Shown piece by piece: positions 18,422-28,758 of a stretch of 35,356 nucleotides of DNA. Position 1 is the stretch's first letter, and every line of letters starts with the position of its first letter. Origin of the DNA: Prevotella sp. (GTDB lineage: Bacteria; Bacteroidota; Bacteroidia; Bacteroidales; Bacteroidaceae); contig JAZLEX010000046.1 of NCBI GenBank assembly GCA_045615485.1, forward strand, positions 1-35,356, written 5' to 3'. Position numbers and translations under genes: made by a program. The notes below the pieces were generated by a model. The model searched no databases. It had not been told where the DNA came from and saw nothing but the letters and a program-made list of their open reading frames with translations.

Positions 18422-18768
18422 CGTCTTTAAGGATTTTGTTGGCACAAAAATACTAATTTTTAATGAGAAACGTGCAGAAAACCATCAAAAACTTGCTAAA
18501 TCAATGCAATTTATTGTTGATTTATTCAATTTTGACCCCGTAAATGGCAAAAACAACCACGATAACTGAAATTATTGTACACACTATTTATAAAAAAAGA
18601 GTTTACGAAAGTTGTATTGATAACTTTTCAGTTTTCTCGGAAGCTGCACACCTCCTTCAGAACATGGATATTGAAAGCGTATGGATAGTAATGAAAATGT
18701 AATCTATATTAGCATATATGAGGGAGATTTCTGTTCATTAGATTACAGAGAAACTCTATAACATATAG

Positions 18769-18802
18769 AAAAAACCACCACCTTAAATTAGGGCAGTGGT
18801 TT
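18769..18802 (-). terminator. Probable intrinsic terminator
   Basis: aaaccac-caccttaaattagggca-gtggttt hairpin with a U-tract on the minus strand. Confidence 0.5.
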
Positions 18803-19034
18803 ATCATGAATCTTATCTGTAAATCACGTATTAGTTTTGAACCAGAGTGTTGATTCCCCCCCTGTGGTTTTTGAAAGAAGATTCAATCAATCGTAAAGCA
18901 TCTTTTTGAGACATTACACTATGCCGATGCCTTAATTATGTAGTGTAAATAAATGTAAATTCCGTGTTAACAAGTCTTAATTTGACTTTTTCAAAAAAAC
19001 ATCAATTATTTGGCCGTTCCCATACCCAAAACTC

Positions 19035-19140
19035 ACCTTGTTTCCCACTTACAAACCCACTGGAAACATTTGGGAACATTCTTGCTTATATGCTGTATTT
19101 CTATGCTGATTATCAACAACATACAAGACAAAAGATAGTT
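19035..19140. mobile_element. Possible terminus (att-like end) of an integrative element
   Basis: Short direct repeats (ttcccact/aacccact; ggaaacatt/gggaacatt) and ctgattatcaa, at the shift from AT-rich island to GC-richer core. No integrase in the window. Confidence 0.35.
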
Positions 19141-19145
19141 CAAAC

Positions 19146-19450
19146 GTGGAGCCTGTCCTTGCTGCTCGTTCCACTCTATAAAGGCCTTCGCATTGCCCGA
19201 ATTGTCGTAACGAGCAACGCTGAAAGCCCCACCTATGTGTATATTCTGTCCAGATGTCATGCGCCTTGCGGCTTGCTGATCCGGCTGTCGGGATATACCT
19301 GTGTCGGGACGTTTTCGTTGCTTTGTTTTTGACAATCCTTGGAGGTTGCGAAGTTCTTATAGAGCCAAAACCAAAGCGTAGAGGTACGCCTTTTATGTGA
19401 TGTCTGTCTGCCCCGCTTTTGCACGCTTGACGTACTGGAGTGGGAAAGAC
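19146..19450 (-). ncRNA. Putative ~300-nt structured RNA (191-nt imperfect rod with a GCAA tetraloop)
   Basis: Nested complementary blocks between 19174 and 19364, small flanking hairpins, and a consensus promoter upstream. Confidence 0.6.
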
Positions 19451-19454
19451 GTGG

Positions 19455-19486
19455 CAAAAATAAGCATTTTTTGGAGAAACAGCAAA
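19455..19486 (-). promoter_or_regulatory. Bacteroidetes sigma-A promoter (-33 TTTG, 20-bp spacer, -7 TATTTTTG)
   Basis: caaa at 19483-19486 and caaaaata at 19455-19462. Confidence 0.7.
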
Positions 19487-19695
19487 TATAGCGGTCTGTT
19501 TTTTGCTTGTTCGCTTTGTTTTGGCAAATCGGGGCCTGATTATGGGGAAAACTGACGCGTTCCTGTTCTGCCGCAATGACCGTACAGCGAGATTTCTCCT
19601 TCTTGTTTGATGGCCTTGACTGCTCCTTGGGATAGGCAAAAGGGGACTATACGGCAGGGAGGTGTGGCGTATAGGGGAGGGCGAAGTGGCTTATA

Positions 19696-19737
19696 GGAAA
19701 AGAAAAACACCCCGCGCCATCACGACGCGGGGTGTTT
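19696..19737 (-). terminator. Intrinsic terminator of the ribosomal protein/alpha operon
   Basis: aaacaccccgcg-N9-cgcggggtgttt stem followed by a U-rich tract on the minus strand, just after rplQ. Confidence 0.85.
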
Positions 19738-19758
19738 CCTTGATATTGTGGTGTAGGT

Positions 19759-20256
19759 TTATTCGGCAGTTTCCTCGGCAGCTGCCTCAACGGCGGGAGC
19801 TTCGGTTGCAGGGGCTTCGGCAGGTGTCTCGGTTGCGGCGGCAGCGCTCTTGCGGCTGCGGCGCGTACGGGTCTTCTTCTGGGTCTTGGCCATGTTCTCA
19901 TCGTAGTCCACGAGTTCGATGAAGCACATGGGGGCTGCATCGTCCTTGCGGAAGCCGGTCTTGATGATACGGGTGTAGCCACCAGGACGGTCGGCCACCT
20001 TCACGCTGATTTCCTTGAAGAGTTCGGTGACGGCGTACTTGTCCTTGAGATAGCTGAACACGACGCGACGGCTGTTGGTGGTGTCGTTCTTGGACTTGGT
20101 GATGAGGGGCTCAACGTACTTCTTCAGTGCCTTGGCCTTTGCGACAGTCGTAGTGATTCTTTTGTGCATTATCAGGGACACGGCCATGTTGGACAGCATG
20201 GCAGCGCGATGACTTGCAGTACGGCTGAGATGGTTGAATTTCTTATTGTGTCTCAT
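19759..20256 (-). CDS. rplQ: 50S ribosomal protein L17 (Ala/Glu-rich tail)
   Basis: [27 protein letters not shown]. Confidence 0.98.
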   Translation of the reverse strand: MRHNKKFNHLSRTASHRAAMLSNMAVSLIMHKRITTTVAKAKALKKYVEPLITKSKNDTTNSRRVVFSYLKDKYAVTELFKEISVKVADRPGGYTRIIKTGFRKDDAAPMCFIELVDYDENMAKTQKKTRTRRSRKSAAAATETPAEAPATEAPAVEAAAEETAE

Positions 20257-20296
20257 TGTTTGTTTTGTTTTACATTAGTGGAGAGAGGCATTACTC

Positions 20297-21286
20297 TCAA
20301 TCTAACTTGTAACTTGAAATGTCGGTTCCAAACGACAGATTCAGACTTGCGAGCAAATCATCAAGCTCCGTAAGCGATTTCTTGCCGAAGTTGCGGAATT
20401 TCAACAGGTCGGACTTGTTGAGCTGGACGAGTTCGCCGAGGGTCTCGACTTCTGCGGCCTTGAGGCAGTTGAGTGCGCGGACGCTGAGGTTGAGGTCGGT
20501 GAGCTTGGTCTTGAGTTGCTGGCGCATACGCAACACTTCTTCGTCGAGTTCTTCGGCATGGTCGCTGACGTTGGTTTCAATCATGATACGGTCGTCGGTG
20601 AAGAGCATGAAGTGCTGGATGAGTATGCGGGCTGCTTCGTTGAGTGCGTCCTTCGGGTGTATGGAACCGTCCGTCGTGATTTCGAGGATGAGGCTGTCGT
20701 AGTCGGTCTTTTGTTCGACGCGGCAGGGCTCAACGCTATACTTCACGTTGCGGATGGGGGTGTAAATAGAATCGATTGGCAACTGATTGACAGCAGAGCA
20801 GAAGATGCGGTTTTCCTCTGAGGGGACGTAACCGCGACCTTTGTTGATTGTCAGTTCAATCTGCATCGTAGCTTTAGAGTCTAAATGACAAATCACCAGT
20901 TCGGGATTCAACACTTCAAACCCTGTAAGATACTTGCCAAGGTCGCCTGCGCGAAATTCGGTGGTGTTGCTTAGGCTGACGGAGACTTTTTCTTCGGTGA
21001 ATTCTTCTACTACTTGCCTGAAGCGCACCTGCTTCAGATTGAGTATCATGTTTGTCACATCTTCGCGCACACCTGGTACGGAGGCGAACTCGTGGTCAAC
21101 GCCGTCGATTTTGATGGTGTTGATTGCGAAACCTTCGAGGGAGGTGGAGAGAAGTATGCGGCGGAGGGCATTGCCTATGGTATGGCCGAAGCCTGGCTCC
21201 AAGGGCCGGAACTCAAACTTTCCGAACTTGGGGTCATCTTCCAACATGATTACCCTATCAGGCTTTTGAAATGCTAATATCGCCAT
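20297..21286 (-). CDS. rpoA: RNA polymerase alpha subunit
   Basis: [36 protein letters not shown]; start MAILAFQK. Confidence 0.98.
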   Translation of the reverse strand: MAILAFQKPDRVIMLEDDPKFGKFEFRPLEPGFGHTIGNALRRILLSTSLEGFAINTIKIDGVDHEFASVPGVREDVTNMILNLKQVRFRQVVEEFTEEKVSVSLSNTTEFRAGDLGKYLTGFEVLNPELVICHLDSKATMQIELTINKGRGYVPSEENRIFCSAVNQLPIDSIYTPIRNVKYSVEPCRVEQKTDYDSLILEITTDGSIHPKDALNEAARILIQHFMLFTDDRIMIETNVSDHAEELDEEVLRMRQQLKTKLTDLNLSVRALNCLKAAEVETLGELVQLNKSDLLKFRNFGKKSLTELDDLLASLNLSFGTDISSYKLD

Positions 21287-21305
21287 GTAATTCAATTCTA
21301 TTTAA

Positions 21306-21914
21306 TTAGTTCTTGGAGTAGAGCTCAACGATAAGCTGCTCTTTGATGTTTTCGGGAATATCCTCGCGCTCGGGCTTGTGGAGGAGCTTGCCGCTCTTGG
21401 AAGCCTCGTCCCACTCGATCCAGGCGTACTTGCTGTGGTTGAAACCTGCGAGGGCATCTGCGATGACTTCAAGGCTCTTGCTGCGCTCGCGCACGCCAAC
21501 AATCTGGCCAGGCTTTACGCTGTAGGAAGCGATGTTTACGACCTGTCCGTCCACCACTATGTGCTTGTGGTTTACAAGCTGACGGGCGGCGGCGCGTGTG
21601 GGGGCTATGCCGAGACGGAAGACAATGTTGTCGAGACGGCATTCCAAAGCCTGCAACAGGAGTTCACCGGTAATACCGGTGGCGGCAGCGGCTTTGTCGA
21701 AGAGGTTGCGGAACTGCTTTTCGAGTACGCCGTAGGTGTACTTTGCCTTCTGCTTTTCAGCGAGCATGACACCATATTCGGATGTCTTGCGGCGACGGCT
21801 GTTGCCGTGCTGGCCTGGAGGGAAATTGCGCTTTGCAAGCACCTTGTCGGGACCGAAAATGGCCTCTCCAAACCTACGGGCGATACGTGATTTAGGACCA
21901 ATATATCTTGCCAT
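21306..21914 (-). CDS. rpsD: 30S ribosomal protein S4
   Basis: [28 protein letters not shown]. Confidence 0.98.
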   Translation of the reverse strand: MARYIGPKSRIARRFGEAIFGPDKVLAKRNFPPGQHGNSRRRKTSEYGVMLAEKQKAKYTYGVLEKQFRNLFDKAAAATGITGELLLQALECRLDNIVFRLGIAPTRAAARQLVNHKHIVVDGQVVNIASYSVKPGQIVGVRERSKSLEVIADALAGFNHSKYAWIEWDEASKSGKLLHKPEREDIPENIKEQLIVELYSKN

Positions 21915-21956
21915 AATCTTTGTTTGAATATTTAATGTTTGACGTTTGAAAGTGGA

Positions 21957-22346
21957 TTATACACGACGGCGCTTGGGAGGACGGCATCCGTTGTGGGGCA
22001 TGGGAGTAACATCGACAATCTCGATGACTTCAATACCGGCGGCGTGGGTGGCACGGATGGCGCTCTCGCGTCCGTTTCCAGGACCCTTGACGTATGCTTT
22101 CACTTTGCGCAAGCCGAGGTCATAAGCCACCTTGGCGCAATCCTGGGCAGCCATCTGGGCAGCATAGGGGGTGTTCTTCTTGCTGCCACGGAAACCCATC
22201 TTACCTGCGCTTGACCAGCTGATAACTTGGCCCTCGCTGTTGGCAAGAGATACAATGATATTGTTGAAAGAGCTATGCACGTGAAGCTGACCCTGTGCGT
22301 CAACCTTTACTACGCGCTTCTTTGCAGAGACGGTTTTCTTTGCCAT
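21957..22346 (-). CDS. rpsK: 30S ribosomal protein S11
   Basis: [27 protein letters not shown]. Confidence 0.98.
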   Translation of the reverse strand: MAKKTVSAKKRVVKVDAQGQLHVHSSFNNIIVSLANSEGQVISWSSAGKMGFRGSKKNTPYAAQMAAQDCAKVAYDLGLRKVKAYVKGPGNGRESAIRATHAAGIEVIEIVDVTPMPHNGCRPPKRRRV

Positions 22347-22362
22347 ATCTTAATCTGTTTTA

Positions 22363-22743
22363 TTACTTCGTTGCCTTCTTCTTGTTTGCCACGGTCTTCT
22401 TCTTGCCCTTACGTGTGCGGGCATTGTTCTTCGTGCTCTGGCCGCGAAGAGGCAGACCGATACGATGGCGGATACCACGATAGCAGCCGATGTCCATCAA
22501 ACGCTTGATGTTGAGCTGCACTTCGCTGCGAAGGTCGCCTTCGACTTTGTACTCGGCACCGATAATCTCACGAATCTTGGCTGCCTGGTCATCTGTCCAG
22601 TCGCTAACCTTGATGTCTCTGTTCACGCCGGCTTTGTCCAAAATCTTACCGGCACTACTGCGACCTATTCCGAAGATATAGGTCAAGGCGATTTCACCTC
22701 GCTTGTTCTGAGGTAAATCTACACCAACAATTCTTATTGCCAT
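22363..22743 (-). CDS. rpsM: 30S ribosomal protein S13
   Basis: [34 protein letters not shown]. Confidence 0.98.
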   Translation of the reverse strand: MAIRIVGVDLPQNKRGEIALTYIFGIGRSSAGKILDKAGVNRDIKVSDWTDDQAAKIREIIGAEYKVEGDLRSEVQLNIKRLMDIGCYRGIRHRIGLPLRGQSTKNNARTRKGKKKTVANKKKATK

Positions 22744-22769
22744 ATATTGAAATAGTTTTTTTGCGAAGT

Positions 22770-22886
22770 TTAACCCTGACGCATCTTGAACTTGGGGTTC
22801 TTCTTGTTAATTACGAAGAGGCGACCTTTGCGACGTACAATCTTGCAGTCGGCGGTGCGCTTCTTTAAGGAAGCTCTTGTTTTCAT
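22770..22886 (-). CDS. rpmJ: 50S ribosomal protein L36 (zinc-free type)
   Basis: Translated by hand: [38 protein letters not shown] (below the ORF track cutoff). Confidence 0.97.
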   Translation of the reverse strand: MKTRASLKKRTADCKIVRRKGRLFVINKKNPKFKMRQG

Positions 22887-22900
22887 ATTCTTTTGTTTTT

Positions 22901-23119
22901 TTATTTGTAGCGATAGGCTATTCTGCCGTTTGTCAGGTCGTAGGGACTCATTTCCACCTTGACCTTGTCGCCAGGCAGGATTTTGATGTAGTGCATGCGC
23001 ATCTTTCCGGATATGCCTGCACGAATGGTGTGCCCATTCTCCAGTTCGACGCGGAACATGGCGTTGCTCAGTGCTTCAACCACTGTCCCGTCAATCTCAA
23101 TAGCATTTTGCTTTGACAT
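22901..23119 (-). CDS. infA: Translation initiation factor IF-1
   Basis: [31 protein letters not shown]. Confidence 0.98.
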   Translation of the reverse strand: MSKQNAIEIDGTVVEALSNAMFRVELENGHTIRAGISGKMRMHYIKILPGDKVKVEMSPYDLTNGRIAYRYK

Positions 23120-23124
23120 ATTCT

Positions 23125-23919
23125 TTAGTATTGTTTTCCTTCAATGATTTCTATCTCTTCAAACGACGACAGTATGTCGGGCTTGCCTTGGTGAATGGCA
23201 ATGCTGTGCTCGAAATGCGCCGCAGGCAGACCATCGCGGGTGGTTACGCTCCACTTATCTTCCAGCAAGGCGATGTCGCGCTTCCCCATGACTATCATTG
23301 GTTCGATGGCTATGCAGAGCCCATTGTGTATCTGCTTGCCGGAGCCTTTTCGGCCATAGTTGGGAACTGCTGGGTCTTCATGCATGGCACGGCCTACACC
23401 ATGCCCGACGAATTCCCGCACGACTCCGTATCCTCTGTTCTCGCAATGTTGCTGAACCGCATACCCAATATCGCCGATGCGGCGACCTGGCAGCGCAACC
23501 TCAATGCCCTTGTAAAGGGCTTCCTTTGTGGTCTTGAGCAACTGACGAACCTCAGATTTTACTTCGCCTATGCAGAATGTGTAGCAGGAGTCTCCGCAAA
23601 AACCATCAAGACAGGCACCACAATCGACGGAAAGGATGTCGCCATCTCTAAGTTCCCGCTGGTCGGGCACTCCATGCACCACGATGTTATTGACTGAAGT
23701 ACATATACAGGCAGGGAATGGGGCACCGTAGGGATTGGGAAAACCCTTGAACACAGGTGTTCCGCCATTGTCACGGATAACCTGCTCAGCCAAGGTGTCC
23801 AACTGGAGAGTTGTAACACCAGGCTTGAGCTGTTTTGCTATCTCTGTGAGCGTCTGGCTGACCAATAGGTTGGCTTTGCGAAGCAACTCTATCTCGTCCT
23901 CAGTCTTGAGATATATCAT
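23125..23919 (-). CDS. map: Methionine aminopeptidase type I
   Basis: [30 protein letters not shown]. Confidence 0.97.
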   Translation of the reverse strand: MIYLKTEDEIELLRKANLLVSQTLTEIAKQLKPGVTTLQLDTLAEQVIRDNGGTPVFKGFPNPYGAPFPACICTSVNNIVVHGVPDQRELRDGDILSVDCGACLDGFCGDSCYTFCIGEVKSEVRQLLKTTKEALYKGIEVALPGRRIGDIGYAVQQHCENRGYGVVREFVGHGVGRAMHEDPAVPNYGRKGSGKQIHNGLCIAIEPMIVMGKRDIALLEDKWSVTTRDGLPAAHFEHSIAIHQGKPDILSSFEEIEIIEGKQY

Positions 23920-23948
23920 TATGTAAAATAACTACTTTCTTAACCGCA

Positions 23949-25274
23949 CTAAGCGCGGTTGCGAACATGACCAGCATTGAGCAGACCATCGTAATGGCGA
24001 ACCAGCAGATGGCTCTCAATCTGCTGCAGGGTGTCAAGGACAACACCTACAAGGATGAGAAGGCTGGTGCCACCGAAGAACTGGGCAAACCCCTGCTTGA
24101 TACCAATGATACCGGCAAAAGCTGGCAAAATGGCTATCAGAGCAATGAAAAGTGAGCCAGGGAGCGTGATATGTGTCATTACGTTGTCGAGATAGTCAGC
24201 TGTATCCTTGCCAGGCTTGACACCGGGGATAAAGCCATTGTTGCGCTTCATATCCTCAGCCATCTGCACGGGATTGAGCGTGATGGCTGTATAGAAATAC
24301 GTGAAGGCTATTATCAGGATAACGAATACAACGTTGTAGAGAACACTCGTGTGATCCAAGAACTGGCTCATTGCCCAACTATGGCTCCCGCTCATCTGAG
24401 CGAGTGTCAGGGGAATGAACATGATGGCCTGTGCAAAGATGATAGGCATCACGTTGGCAGCAAAGAGCTTGACTGGGATGTACTGACGGGCACCACCTAT
24501 CTGGTGACCACCCTCAATACGCTTGGCATACTGAACGGGAACCTTGCGGACAGCCTTGACGAGGATGATAGCAAGTGCCATGACAAACAGCAAAGCTATA
24601 ATCTCAAAAAAGAACTTCACAAGGCCGCCGCCTTCAGCGCTAGTCCATGCAGAAAGGAATTCCTCGCCCAATGCGGAAGGCATACGGGCAATAATACCAA
24701 TCATAATTATCATGGACACGCCATTGCCGATGCCTTTATCCGTGATGCGCTCACCCAGCCAGAGAATAAACATGCTTCCTGCGGCCAGAATGATGGTGCT
24801 TGAGAGCATAAACCAGAATCCGTTGCCTACCATGAAGGCACCTGTACCTTGTGTCTGGGCATGAAGGTTAATCATGTAGGTAGGAGCCTGGAAGAGAAGG
24901 ATGAACACTGTCAGCCAGCGTGTGTACTGGTTGATTTTGCGCCGTCCACTCTCGCCCTCGCGCTGCATCTTTTGGAAATAAGGCACAGCGACAGCCAAAA
25001 GCTGAATCACAATCGAGGCTGAAATGTAAGGCATGATTCCCAATGCAAAGACAGAAGCATTGGAGAATGCACCACCAGAGAACATATTCAGCAAGGACAT
25101 CAGACCTTCGCTGGTCTGATTTTCCAGATTCTGAAGGCCTGCGGGATTAATACCGGGCAGCACCACAAAGGAACCGAAACGGTAGATGGCCACGAAGCCT
25201 ATCGTTATGAGAATACGCGTGCGCAAATCCTCAATACGCCAGATGTTCTTGATAGTCTCGATTATCTTCTTCAT
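23949..25274 (-). CDS. secY: Preprotein translocase subunit SecY
   Basis: ALGIMPYISASI, GIGNGVS, FIPGVKPG, GGTSLLI. Start MKKIIETIK at 25274; the ORF-track extension overlaps rplO. Confidence 0.97.
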   Translation of the reverse strand: MKKIIETIKNIWRIEDLRTRILITIGFVAIYRFGSFVVLPGINPAGLQNLENQTSEGLMSLLNMFSGGAFSNASVFALGIMPYISASIVIQLLAVAVPYFQKMQREGESGRRKINQYTRWLTVFILLFQAPTYMINLHAQTQGTGAFMVGNGFWFMLSSTIILAAGSMFILWLGERITDKGIGNGVSMIIMIGIIARMPSALGEEFLSAWTSAEGGGLVKFFFEIIALLFVMALAIILVKAVRKVPVQYAKRIEGGHQIGGARQYIPVKLFAANVMPIIFAQAIMFIPLTLAQMSGSHSWAMSQFLDHTSVLYNVVFVILIIAFTYFYTAITLNPVQMAEDMKRNNGFIPGVKPGKDTADYLDNVMTHITLPGSLFIALIAILPAFAGIIGIKQGFAQFFGGTSLLILVGVVLDTLQQIESHLLVRHYDGLLNAGHVRNRA

Positions 25275-25296
25275 TGTTGTGTGGGGGTAAAGAAGG

Positions 25297-25743
25297 TTAG
25301 AGTTTAGTTGCGGTACCACCTGCTGCAGTGATGGCAGCTTCTGCACTCTTTGAGAAAGCGTGGGCCTCAACGTCGATTTTGGCAGTGAGAGTGCCATTGC
25401 CCAGTATCTTGACAAGGGCATTCTTCTTGAGGAAGCCAGCCTCAATGAGCTCTTTCACGCCGATTTTTGCCAAATTCTTAGCCTGTGCGAGTTCTGCAAG
25501 GACATCCAAATTGATAGCCTTGTATTCTACGCGATTGATGTTCTTGAAGCCATGCTTTGGGAGACGGCGCTGGAGAGGCATCTGACCACCTTCAAAACCT
25601 ATCTTCTTGCTGTAGCCAGAACGCTGCTTGGCACCTTTATGGCCACGGGTGGCGGTGCCGCCCATACCGGAACCAGGACCACGACCAATACGCTTGCGTG
25701 TGGTGACGGAACCCTCAGCGGGCTTTAAGGTATTTAATTTCAT
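25297..25743 (-). CDS. rplO: 50S ribosomal protein L15
   Basis: RIGRGPGSG..FEGGQMPLQRRLPK. Confidence 0.98.
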   Translation of the reverse strand: MKLNTLKPAEGSVTTRKRIGRGPGSGMGGTATRGHKGAKQRSGYSKKIGFEGGQMPLQRRLPKHGFKNINRVEYKAINLDVLAELAQAKNLAKIGVKELIEAGFLKKNALVKILGNGTLTAKIDVEAHAFSKSAEAAITAAGGTATKL

Positions 25744-25765
25744 AATGCAGATTTCTGTTTAAGGA

Positions 25766-25942
25766 TTATTCTGTTACTGTTACCAGATGTGCAACTTTGC
25801 GAATCATACCACGGAGAACGGGGCTGTCCTCCTTTTCAACAGTATGATACAACTTAGTCAGGCCAAGTGCATCAAGGGTGCGCTTCTGGTCTTTTGGAGC
25901 GTGAATGCGGCTCCGAGTTTGCTGAATTTTAATAGTTGCCAT
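25766..25942 (-). CDS. rpmD: 50S ribosomal protein L30
   Basis: Translated by hand: MATIKIQQTRSRIHAPKDQKRTLDALGLTK..GMIRKVAHLVTVTE (58 aa). Confidence 0.96.
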   Translation of the reverse strand: MATIKIQQTRSRIHAPKDQKRTLDALGLTKLYHTVEKEDSPVLRGMIRKVAHLVTVTE

Positions 25943-25959
25943 AATTGTTGAAAATTTGT

Positions 25960-26466
25960 TTAGCCACGGAATACTTTTTCTACGCTGATACCGCGCTGTT
26001 CTGCCACTTGACGGGCATCGCGCATCTCACTGAGTGCCTTGATGGTAGCCTTTACGAGGTTATGGGCATTGGAGCTGCCTTTACTCTTGGCAAGCACGTC
26101 CTTGATACCTGCGCTTTCCAGCACGGAACGCATGGCACCGCCAGCCACAACACCGGTACCCTCGGAAGCTGGGAGAATCAGAACCTCTGCACCGCCAAAC
26201 TTAGCAGCCTGTCCATGAGGAACCGTTCCATTGATAACGGGCACCTTGATTAAATTCTTTTTAGCAGACTCTACGCCCTTAGCAATGGCGGCAGTAACTT
26301 CACCTGCCTTGCCAAGGCCAGTGCCGATAACACCCTTGCCATCGCCTACTACTACGATAGCGGCGAAGGTGAAGGTGCGGCCACCCTTGGTAACTTTAGT
26401 TACGCGATTGATAGCAACCAGTCTATCCTTTAAATCTTCGATGTTTACGTTTACTCTGTTTGCCAT
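25960..26466 (-). CDS. rpsE: 30S ribosomal protein S5
   Basis: [16 protein letters not shown]. Confidence 0.98.
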   Translation of the reverse strand: MANRVNVNIEDLKDRLVAINRVTKVTKGGRTFTFAAIVVVGDGKGVIGTGLGKAGEVTAAIAKGVESAKKNLIKVPVINGTVPHGQAAKFGGAEVLILPASEGTGVVAGGAMRSVLESAGIKDVLAKSKGSSNAHNLVKATIKALSEMRDARQVAEQRGISVEKVFRG

Positions 26467-26472
26467 AATCTT

Positions 26473-26817
26473 TTAGAATTTAAGACCGCCTTTGCGGGCA
26501 CCGTCAGCAACTTCTTTAACACGACCGTGGTAGAGGTAACCATTACGGTCAAACACGACAGTCGTTATGCCGGCCTCAATGGCCTTCTTCGCAATTGCTT
26601 CACCGACTTTTGCAGCTTGCTCCTTCTTGGGCATGGTTTCCATACCAAGACTTGAAGCTGCAACAAGAGTGGTGGCAGTTTCGTCATTAATAATCTGGAC
26701 GTAAATCTGCTTGTTGCTTCTGAACACGCTCATGCGGGGACGCTCTGTTGTGCCAGAAATTTTATTGCGCACACGAAATTTGATTTTCGCGCGACGCTGT
26801 TCTTTTTGTTTTGTCAT
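26473..26817 (-). CDS. rplR: 50S ribosomal protein L18
   Basis: [22 protein letters not shown]. Confidence 0.98.
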   Translation of the reverse strand: MTKQKEQRRAKIKFRVRNKISGTTERPRMSVFRSNKQIYVQIINDETATTLVAASSLGMETMPKKEQAAKVGEAIAKKAIEAGITTVVFDRNGYLYHGRVKEVADGARKGGLKF

Positions 26818-26837
26818 AATCTTACGGTATTAATCTT

Positions 26838-27404
26838 TTATTTAGCACCAGCTGACTTACCACTCTTACGGCGAATCTGCTCACCAATATAGAGAATACC
26901 CTTGCCCTTGTAAGGCTCCGGCATACGGAATGAGCGGATTTTGCTGCAAACCATGCCGAGGAGCTGCTTGTCTGCGCTTTCCAGACAGATGTAGGGATTC
27001 TGGTTACGCTCCATCTTGGTTGTAACGGTGATTTCTTTGGGAAGCTGGATGAGGATGGGATGGGTGTAGCCAAGTGTGAAGGTAATCAAGTTACCCTGAT
27101 TTTCCACACGGTAGCCTACGCCTACCAGTTCCATCTCCTTCTTGTAGCCTTCGCTCACACCGACAACCATGTTGTTTACGAGAGCGCGGTAGAGACCATG
27201 GAAAGCCTGCTTCTGCTTGGTGTCAACGTCGCTGTTTTCATCGATAGCGAACTTGACCTGACCGTCTTCGATTGTGACAACAATGGAAGGATCAACAGCT
27301 TGGCTAAGCTCACCCTTCGGACCTTTTACGGTCACTACATTATCCTGCATGGCCACTGTAACGCCAGCGGGAATGTTAATCGGCAATTTACCAATTCTTG
27401 ACAT
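26838..27404 (-). CDS. rplF: 50S ribosomal protein L6
   Basis: MSRIGKLPI..PEPYKGKGI. Confidence 0.98.
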   Translation of the reverse strand: MSRIGKLPINIPAGVTVAMQDNVVTVKGPKGELSQAVDPSIVVTIEDGQVKFAIDENSDVDTKQKQAFHGLYRALVNNMVVGVSEGYKKEMELVGVGYRVENQGNLITFTLGYTHPILIQLPKEITVTTKMERNQNPYICLESADKQLLGMVCSKIRSFRMPEPYKGKGILYIGEQIRRKSGKSAGAK

Positions 27405-27421
27405 TCTGTTTTCCTCCTAAA

Positions 27422-27817
27422 TTAATAAACGTAGCAAAGGACTTCACCGCCAATCTTGAGTTCGGCTGCCTCTTTGTCAGTCATTACACCTTTGGACGTG
27501 GAAATAATGGCTATACCCAGTCCGTTAATTACGCGGGGCATATCACGGTAGCCGGTGTACTTACGCAAACCAGGCGTGGATACGCGAGTAAGGTTTTTGA
27601 TTGCATTAACCTTGGTCTGAGGATTGTACTTCAGAGCAATTTTAATGGTACCCTGAGGGCCGTCCTCCTCAAACTTATAGTTGAGGATGTAGCCCTTCTC
27701 AAAAAGGATTTTGGTGATGTCCTTCTTCAAATTTGACGCAGGCACTTCCACTACACGGTGCTTGGCCATGATAGCGTTGCGCAGACGGGTCAAATAATCT
27801 GCTATAGGATCTGTCAT
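27422..27817 (-). CDS. rpsH: 30S ribosomal protein S8
   Basis: MTDPIADYLTRLRNA..GGEVLCYVY. Confidence 0.98.
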   Translation of the reverse strand: MTDPIADYLTRLRNAIMAKHRVVEVPASNLKKDITKILFEKGYILNYKFEEDGPQGTIKIALKYNPQTKVNAIKNLTRVSTPGLRKYTGYRDMPRVINGLGIAIISTSKGVMTDKEAAELKIGGEVLCYVY

Positions 27818-27891
27818 TTTTTAAAATGTTTTTAATTAATCGGGACAACCCCGACAATATTAAATAAAGTGAACTGTGTGTTACTCTTGTT

Positions 27892-28194
27892 TTACCAGCT
27901 GGCCTTGCGTACACCAGGCATGAGGCCCTGAGAGGCCATCTCACGGAACTGGATACGGCTCAGACCGAACTGACGGATATAACCCTTGGGACGACCCGTG
28001 AGCTTGCAGCGGTTGTGCAGGCGGATGGGGTTGGCATTGCGGGGTATCTTCTGGAGTTTCCGTGCAGCCTCGTAGGCTTCAACGGGATCCTCGCTCTTGT
28101 TAACGATTTCCTTCAGGGCAGCACGCTTAGCGGCATACTTGGCTACCAGGCGGGCACGCTTTACTTCGCGTGCCTTCATTGACTCTTTTGCCAT
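27892..28194 (-). CDS. rpsN: 30S ribosomal protein S14 (long, zinc-free type)
   Basis: [26 protein letters not shown]. Confidence 0.98.
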   Translation of the reverse strand: MAKESMKAREVKRARLVAKYAAKRAALKEIVNKSEDPVEAYEAARKLQKIPRNANPIRLHNRCKLTGRPKGYIRQFGLSRIQFREMASQGLMPGVRKASW

Positions 28195-28200
28195 GTCGTA

Positions 28201-28758
28201 TTAGTTGTTTTTAGCGTTCTTAAAAGGAAGACCAAATTCCTTCAGCAGAGCATAGCCTTCTTCATCAGTCTTAGCTGTCGTCACGAAGGTAATGTTCATA
28301 CCCAGAAGGCGGTCGATTGCATCAATGTTGATTTCAGGGAAGATAATCTGCTCCTGAATGCCCAGAGTGTAATTACCACGGCCATCCAGCTTGCTGGCAA
28401 TACCCTTGAAGTCACGAATACGGGGCAGAGCCACGCGGACGAGCTTCTCAAGGAACTCGTACATACGTTCACGACGCAGAGTAACCATCACACCGATGGG
28501 CATCTTCTTACGAAGTTTGAACTGAGCGACATCTTTCTTTGACAATGTTGCCACAGCCTTCTGACCCGTGATAGCCGTCAGTTCATTGATGGCTACCTCA
28601 ATAATCTTCTTATCGGCTGTAGCCATGCCAAGGCCTTGATTGATAACAATCTTTTTCAGAACAGGAATCTGCATGGCAGATGAGTAGTTGAACTGCTTCT
28701 GAAGAGCCGGAGCGATACGCTCGGCGTAATCTTTCTTGAGTTGTGCTGTATTTGCCAT
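28201..28758 (-). CDS. rplE: 50S ribosomal protein L5
   Basis: [23 protein letters not shown]. Confidence 0.98.
   Translation of the reverse strand: MANTAQLKKDYAERIAPALQKQFNYSSAMQIPVLKKIVINQGLGMATADKKIIEVAINELTAITGQKAVATLSKKDVAQFKLRKKMPIGVMVTLRRERMYEFLEKLVRVALPRIRDFKGIASKLDGRGNYTLGIQEQIIFPEINIDAIDRLLGMNITFVTTAKTDEEGYALLKEFGLPFKNAKNN

Noticed and set aside
18471-18480. CGTGCAGAAA as a fourth WYL operator
   Set aside because: Only a half-site, and not at the 10-bp spacing from the XRE -7 box.
19146-19450. tmRNA or tRNA call prompted by the ..CTCCAC end
   Set aside because: No T-arm GTTCGA motif, no matching 5' acceptor strand and no CCA end.
18964-19639. Overlapping ORFs of 66-196 aa on both strands
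   Set aside because: No recognisable domains and mutually overlapping; the extensive base pairing is better explained by a structured RNA.
25275-25445. N-terminal extension of SecY in the ORF track
   Set aside because: It overlaps rplO in another frame; the normal SecY start is at 25274.
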